From Eledone cirrhosa (taxonomy: Eukaryota), in the NCBI GenBank assembly GCA_964016885.1, contig OZ024748.1:22196001-22260000 (forward strand): DNA of 64,000 nucleotides, in the 5' to 3' direction. The translations under genes were made by a program, and so were the position numbers. This document shows, piece after piece, positions 57,859-64,000 of the stretch (position 1 is its first letter; each line of letters begins with the position of its first letter). The notes beneath the pieces were generated by a model. That model was not told where the DNA came from, made no database searches, and saw nothing but the letters and a program-made list of their open reading frames with translations.

Positions 57859-58769
57859 GAAAAGGAGAATAAAAAACAAATTAGTAATGATAGTTTGTAC
57901 AAGATGAGTTCCTGTAAGACATAGGGCCACCCAGTTTGTAGAGCAGTACAGACAAAAGAGGTGTATAGCATGGGTTTCTCAATAGGTTTTTAGTGTAGAT
58001 GAGAGAAGTGAAAAACAATATGGCTGTTACGCCTGGAGGGGCAGATAATTTGACGAGAGAGCTGACATATTCCTGAGTCACTGCATGGATAGAGAAAAGT
58101 GGTTTACTAAAGTGGGGGACGGATATTAAAGTACACCTAAAGAACAGGGAGAAAATATTATTTCAATCTTTGGTTGACCTGATCATATTAAACAGACACA
58201 TGGTTGTTTTGTATGACAGATGCTATCTTCTATTTATATTTAACTCATCTTTTATTTTTATTCAGCTTTTGTTTTTCTTCCTGCCCATCGTAATGCCTAT
58301 ACTCTCTGTCGAATTCATCTTTGCCTTTTATCCTCTTGGGTCGATAACCTACGTACCAGTCATATATTGTGGTCTCCATTAGAACGAGTGCACCATTCCC
58401 TAAACTTTAACTTTGTGTCCATACTAAAAATATTTATTTCTTACGTTCCTGAGTACACACCCTACAGCGGTTGCCCAACCAAGATTTTCGTCCTTATATA
58501 TGTCGATTAATTAAATACCAATAATATATTGTCTGGGTTCAATCTATTATATGCTAATTTGTTGCATTATGCCGGCAAGAGATCCCAAAGTATACTACGA
58601 TCAAGATGGTTGGATAACATCTATGAGTTCGGTTGATCTCGCTTGGGATTCAGCCGGATCATTTGGAAATGTTTGCTTCTAATAGGACCTTCTAAAATGC
58701 GTGTCTGAGAACTCTGTTCCAAATTCCTCCCAGAAATAAGTAAATGAAGAAAAGAGGTATAATTGATTA

Positions 58770-59630
58770 ACGGGCTGCAGTACTTGAGTGGTTCTTACTT
58801 TATCGATTCTAGGATGATGAAAGGTGAAATCTAACTCAATAAGATTTGAACATAGATTTGGAACTTAAAGAGCCGTAATTGAAACGAAAAGATATTTGGC
58901 TAGACGATATACTTATTTTGACAACAATTTCGGAGGAAGGGGAACAGTATTTGACTGTTACTTTATTTTTTCGACACCATAAGGATCAAAACAAAGTTGA
59001 TATCGGCAGGATTTGAACTCGGAACGTAAAGAGAAGACACTATATACTGCATATAATTTTCTTTGACGCTTTACTGATTCTGCCAATAATAATTCTTGTA
59101 GTGTTGGCACAAGGCCAGCAATTTGGAGGAAGAGAAAAGTCGATTATATCGACTTTTCTACGTAAACGGTACTTTATGTTATTGACCCCGAAAGGATAAA
59201 AAGTTAACCTCGGCAGGATTTGAATACAGAATGTAGAAAGTCGTAACTAAAAGCTGTAAATAACTTCTTTCGACGCTCTAACGATACTGCTAATCCACCA
59301 CCCACTTCTGGTAATAATTGTTTCTACTTTTGGCACAAGGCCAGCAATTACCCCCAGTGCATTACTAGTACTTTAATAACTTCTCGGCTCTTAAGGCGGT
59401 GAATTGGCAGAACCGTTAGAGCGTCGTACAAATGCATAACTGTATTTGTTCCTTCTCTTGGCGTTCTGAGTTCAAATCCCACCGAAGTCAATTTTGCGTT
59501 TGATCCTTTCAGGGTCGATAAAACAAAGCACCACCTACGTACTAGGGTCGATATATTCAACCCACCCACCCAACGTCATAAAAAAAAAAAAATAATTGCT
59601 GGCGTTGTACCTATTTTAGAAAGAATTATT
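58770..59630. mobile_element. Cluster of about five S1 SINE copies and fragments
   Basis: Repeated ggatttgaa, ggcacaaggccagcaatt motifs (minus) and one plus copy at 59394-59630. Confidence 0.75.
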
Positions 59631-60382
59631 ACTGCTGGGCCCGAGTGGCCAATAAAATATTGTTATGCTACATCTATTGTGATTTATTCTTGTTTCTATT
59701 ATTTTTTGTGCGTTCGCCTCCTTCAGCTGTTCTTCACTCCCCCAGCCACCCCTAATATTATTACTAGAGACTGTATGTAACCTTTGTTTTGTTTTTCTGT
59801 TGTTATTTTATCTACTGCCACTGGTAAACACAGGTCATACGTCTTCAACATACACATGAAACACTTGTCATCTTTAGAAGTGTGTGTGCGCGTATGTGTC
59901 TCTATATTTTTATATCTGTGTATGTGGGTGGTCGGAAAATGGAAGAAGGAGGCAGTTTTTTTGTGTGTTTGTTATTTTTTTTTTTCGCCATTGTCATCTC
60001 TGCTATAACTTTAGTAGTCTTTGTTTCATCGTTCCGTTCTCTGTGGTACCATTTCTTCTGGCTAGATTTATTTCCTTCAGCTTCTGTTCCTTTTATAATT
60101 TAAGCATTCGCTCTTCGTTCGGTAAACGATCGTATCTAACGTCGTACGTAGACTACCGTGGGGCAAAGTGATAGAGATAGAGAGAGGGGGGCAGGGTAAT
60201 TCTCTTTAAAGTAAGAGATGATATCTGGTCACATCTGTCTCCCTCGAATGATCACCTCCCTCCCACACACTACCCACCCCTCCCTCTCCTTATCTTCTCT
60301 TTTCTCCACCCCTTTCCTCGCTTATATCACCTTCTTTTCCTTAAGGCTTTTTTTAATTGCGTACTCACACACAAATACACGA

Positions 60383-60537
<155 letters not shown>

Positions 60538-61910
60538 CATATATATATACACCACTACTACTAATAATAATAATATTAACCACTCTACATTTTTAAAACA
60601 CCAATTTGAGATCAACAAATTGATATTAACCCATTCATTGCCATATTTCTAATGCTGAGGGGATTGAGGCACAAGGAAATAAAGGGCCACGCTCAAGAAA
60701 AAAAAAAAGCACCACCGGAAACCGAACTAGTTACCTTGCTATTGTAAGATGAACGCCTTAAACCCTAAGATCTGCGCCTTCACATTTATCTCAGAAACGT
60801 TGTTTATTAACAGAGGCTAATAAAATGAAATGAAATTTGATTTAATCCAATTATATTGATCATTTTGACATTCTTTGTCACATTAAAGATTTTGGGTTCT
60901 GATATTAAAATGTTAATTTGCAAAATTGTATATCAATGTGTTCACCTTACGGTCATAAGGTCGTGAGTTCGTTTACCGGTGGTATGTTATCCTTATATAC
61001 ATATTGTATATCTAAAGGAATTATATAATACTGTATAGGCTGATAAATAAATGATAAGGACTATATAATGTCAAATTGTTATTCTCTGAAACAATTTGAT
61101 ATCTGACACTATATTCTATTTTTTAATTTACCATATTTTTCTTTTGTTTATATAACGTCATTTTATTTTTTACTCGGCTGTTTGTTTTCTATTCCAACTG
61201 CAGACATGCATACAATTTAATTTGGAGTTAATGAAATATATAAGGATGTGTATCAGTCACATACCATGGAAGATATTAAGTGAGACATTTTCGTGTATTT
61301 TAATCTATTTGCGTGACATATAAGTCCTATAAAGTGATATGTCAATGAAACTGCCCGAAACAAACATGAGAAAGTATTCCAGGACAGGTAGCGGACTGGA
61401 ACAACATAGGGATCAGAGAAATTATAACAATTATAACACCAAAGAGAAAGTAATTTCCAGAAGGGAAAATACAAAAGATAAAAGCATAAAAATGAAGCAT
61501 AAAGAAATGTTTCCGTTTCACAAATCTCCTTGAAATTTCTTTGATGTTCTTTACCTTTCTCGTTCGTCTCACTGGGATAAAGCTTAATTAACTGATCATT
61601 GCACCAAACATTTTCACATTACTAAACCTTAATTAAATACAAACACATTGACAACGTCAACTCTGTCAGTTTTAATAATTACTACAGGTGTCAGTTCATA
61701 AGACCGTATGGGAAAGAGTTAAAAGCTATAGAGATAGTAACAGGGAAGATATGGGAGATGTGGAGCGGTAGAAGGAAATATGACAAGAACAAAAGGAAAT
61801 ATGACGATGTGTAATAGATAGAGACAGTGGGGGTAGGAGGGGGGAGAGATGGAGAGAAAGGGGGCGAAATATGAGGTAAAAATGAGCAGATGGTAAGACA
61901 ACAAGCAATC

Positions 61911-61959
<49 letters not shown>

Positions 61960-62177
61960 GTATCTATCTATCTATGTATCTATCTATCTATCTATCAATC
62001 TCTCTCTCTCTCTCTCTCTGTATATATATATTGTGTGTGTGTGTATATATATATATATACACATATATATATTTAGCTATCAATCATCCCCATTAAATAA
62101 ATACCCACACATACGCAATACACACATGCGCGCGCGCGCACACACACACACATATATATATATACATATATATATAT

Positions 62178-62526
62178 AAAGAAAAAAAGATGAAATCGAA
62201 AATGCAACTGGAGTCTTATTTTTAAAAATATATATATATTTATTTGGTTCCTTTACCGGTTTCGCAGTTCTTCTGCTTTTCAAAAGTAGAGTTGAGATGG
62301 AGGGTCTGTGGTTTTTCTCACATCTGAGAAAAACCACAGACCCTCCATCTCAACTCTACTTTTGAAAAGCAGAAGTACTGCGAAACCGGTAAAGGAACCA
62401 AATAAATATATATATATTTTTTTAAAAATAAGACTCCAGTTGCATTTTCGATTTCATCTTTTTTTCTTTATACTTTCACTCGTGTAGGACACCTCGGTTA
62501 TTTTTCATTTTGTAAAAATACCTTAC

Positions 62527-62533
<7 letters not shown>
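62178..62533. mobile_element. Fold-back hammerhead element, family B, with U3-A8 hammerhead at 62359-62394
   Basis: About 145-bp arms centred on ttctca-catc-tgagaa; ctt TTGAAAA gcag..ctgc GAAA ccgg TA aag; tail to ctttctaa(TA)n. Confidence 0.9.
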
Positions 62534-62564
<31 letters not shown>

Positions 62565-63084
62565 CTTTTTTCATTTCCTTTAATATAATTTTACTATGAA
62601 ATCACCAGTTTTCTGTCCATAGTTCATCATAGCCACGTGATTAAGAAATTGGCTCCGCAACAACATGCTTCTGGATTCGACACACATTGTTCCTATGTTG
62701 TAAGTGGGGACTGTCTTTCCGGCTGAAGTGCAAGATTTTACAACTGATGTTGTTTAAGCAGGAATAACTAACCTTAACATTATGTGTTTAAACAAAACTT
62801 ATGATACTTATGAGTGCTTGAGAATCGTTGCTTGGTAAAGGATAAAAAAAATGTTCGTGACACTAACTTTTTTCAGCGCCTGTCTTTGCTAACACCTTGT
62901 TATAGTGAGGTGCCGATCTAACGAAGGTATCTCTATCTGAAGATAAATTGGAAATTCTTCTACTGTTAACGGTCACTGGAGTTTTCATTGATATATGAGG
63001 TCTGTTCATTCGTTTTTTTTTTTGTAGGGTTAGTACTTGACTGCGTTGACGACTAAGGTAACGTCAAATAAAATAAAAGTCTAC

Positions 63085-63229
63085 GGTTGGTGATGGTAGT
63101 TAGGGTCCAGTAGGGTTGGTGATGATAGTTAGGGTCCAGTAGGGTTGGTGATGATAGTTAGGGCCCAGTAGAGTTGGTGATGATAGTTAGGTTCCAGTAG
63201 GGTTGGTGATGATAGTTAGGGTCCAGTAG
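63085..63229. repeat. 29-bp tandem repeat (ggttggtgatgatagttagggtccagtag), 5 units
   Basis: Direct inspection. Confidence 0.9.
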
Positions 63230-63315
63230 ACTGATGCTTAATAATAAGTTCTTAGTAAATCAATACAAATATTTAATGATCATGATATGTGTGGAATTAC
63301 CTTTTCCTTTCTTTT

Positions 63316-63401
<86 letters not shown>

Positions 63402-63715
63402 GTATGTGTGTGAATGTTGCGTCTCTCTCTCTCTCTCTCTCTGTATCTTTGTCTATATGTGTGTGTGTCTATATGTGTGTGTGTCTGTATGTGTGTGTGT
63501 GTGTGTGTTTCTGTGTGTGTGTGTTTAGATGCCACATCAATAAAGCTGAAGTAGAGACATAAAAAGCAACTAATCATTTCTTTTACTACTAATGATATTA
63601 ACGACCCAAGTGCGTTACTGGTACTTTATTTTCTCGACAGTGGAAGGATGAAAGGCAACAACAAAATTTGCTTCACTGGTATTAATAGTAGCAATAGTAA
63701 TAGGAGGATGACGAT

Positions 63716-64000
63716 ATGATGATGGTGATGGTGATGGTGATGATGATTGTGGTGGTGGTGGTGGTGGTGGTGATGGTGGTGATGATGGTGATGATGGTGA
63801 TGATGGTGATGGTGGTGATGGTGATGGTGGTGGTGGTGGTGGTGATGATGTTGATGATGATAAAGATATGATGATGACAATGTTTATGATGATAATGGTG
63901 ATGATGGTAATGATGAAGATGATGACAATGTTGATGATGATATCATGATGATGATGATGACCATGTTGATGAAGTTGTTGTTGACGATGATGATGATGAT
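63716..64000. repeat. (GAT)n/(GGT)n trinucleotide repeats
   Basis: Direct inspection. Confidence 0.9.

Noticed and set aside
63085-63229. Telomere-like TTAGGG
   Set aside because: One hexamer per 29-bp unit, not tandem telomeric repeat.

Overview
Eukaryotic, gene-poor, microsatellite-saturated DNA. The SINE families and (TA)n/(CA)n/(CATA)n load strongly suggest an Octopus-like cephalopod genome (inference). No host protein-coding exon is recognisable, and nearly all listed ORFs are translated microsatellites. Ordinary content: many tRNA-derived SINEs, degenerate LINE pieces (one ~2.6-kb Tx1/L1-type, several RTE 3' ends, one R4/Dong-type 3' end), two Tc1/pogo-type MITEs and several minisatellites. 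The striking signal is about 30 short (100-1000 bp) non-coding inserts from roughly a dozen sequence families, nearly all embedded in (TA)n. Many carry type I hammerhead ribozymes: about ten complete folds, some with variant cores (U3-A8, U4A) and very long helix II. They are often head-to-head fold-backs whose two outer ends are fixed per family while the inner junction varies and the arms co-vary within each copy. This resembles truncated or non-autonomous Penelope-like/retrozyme elements that target TA repeats and build a new palindrome at each insertion. No matching RT or GIY-YIG ORF is present in the window. Coordinates were read by eye and may be off by a few bases.
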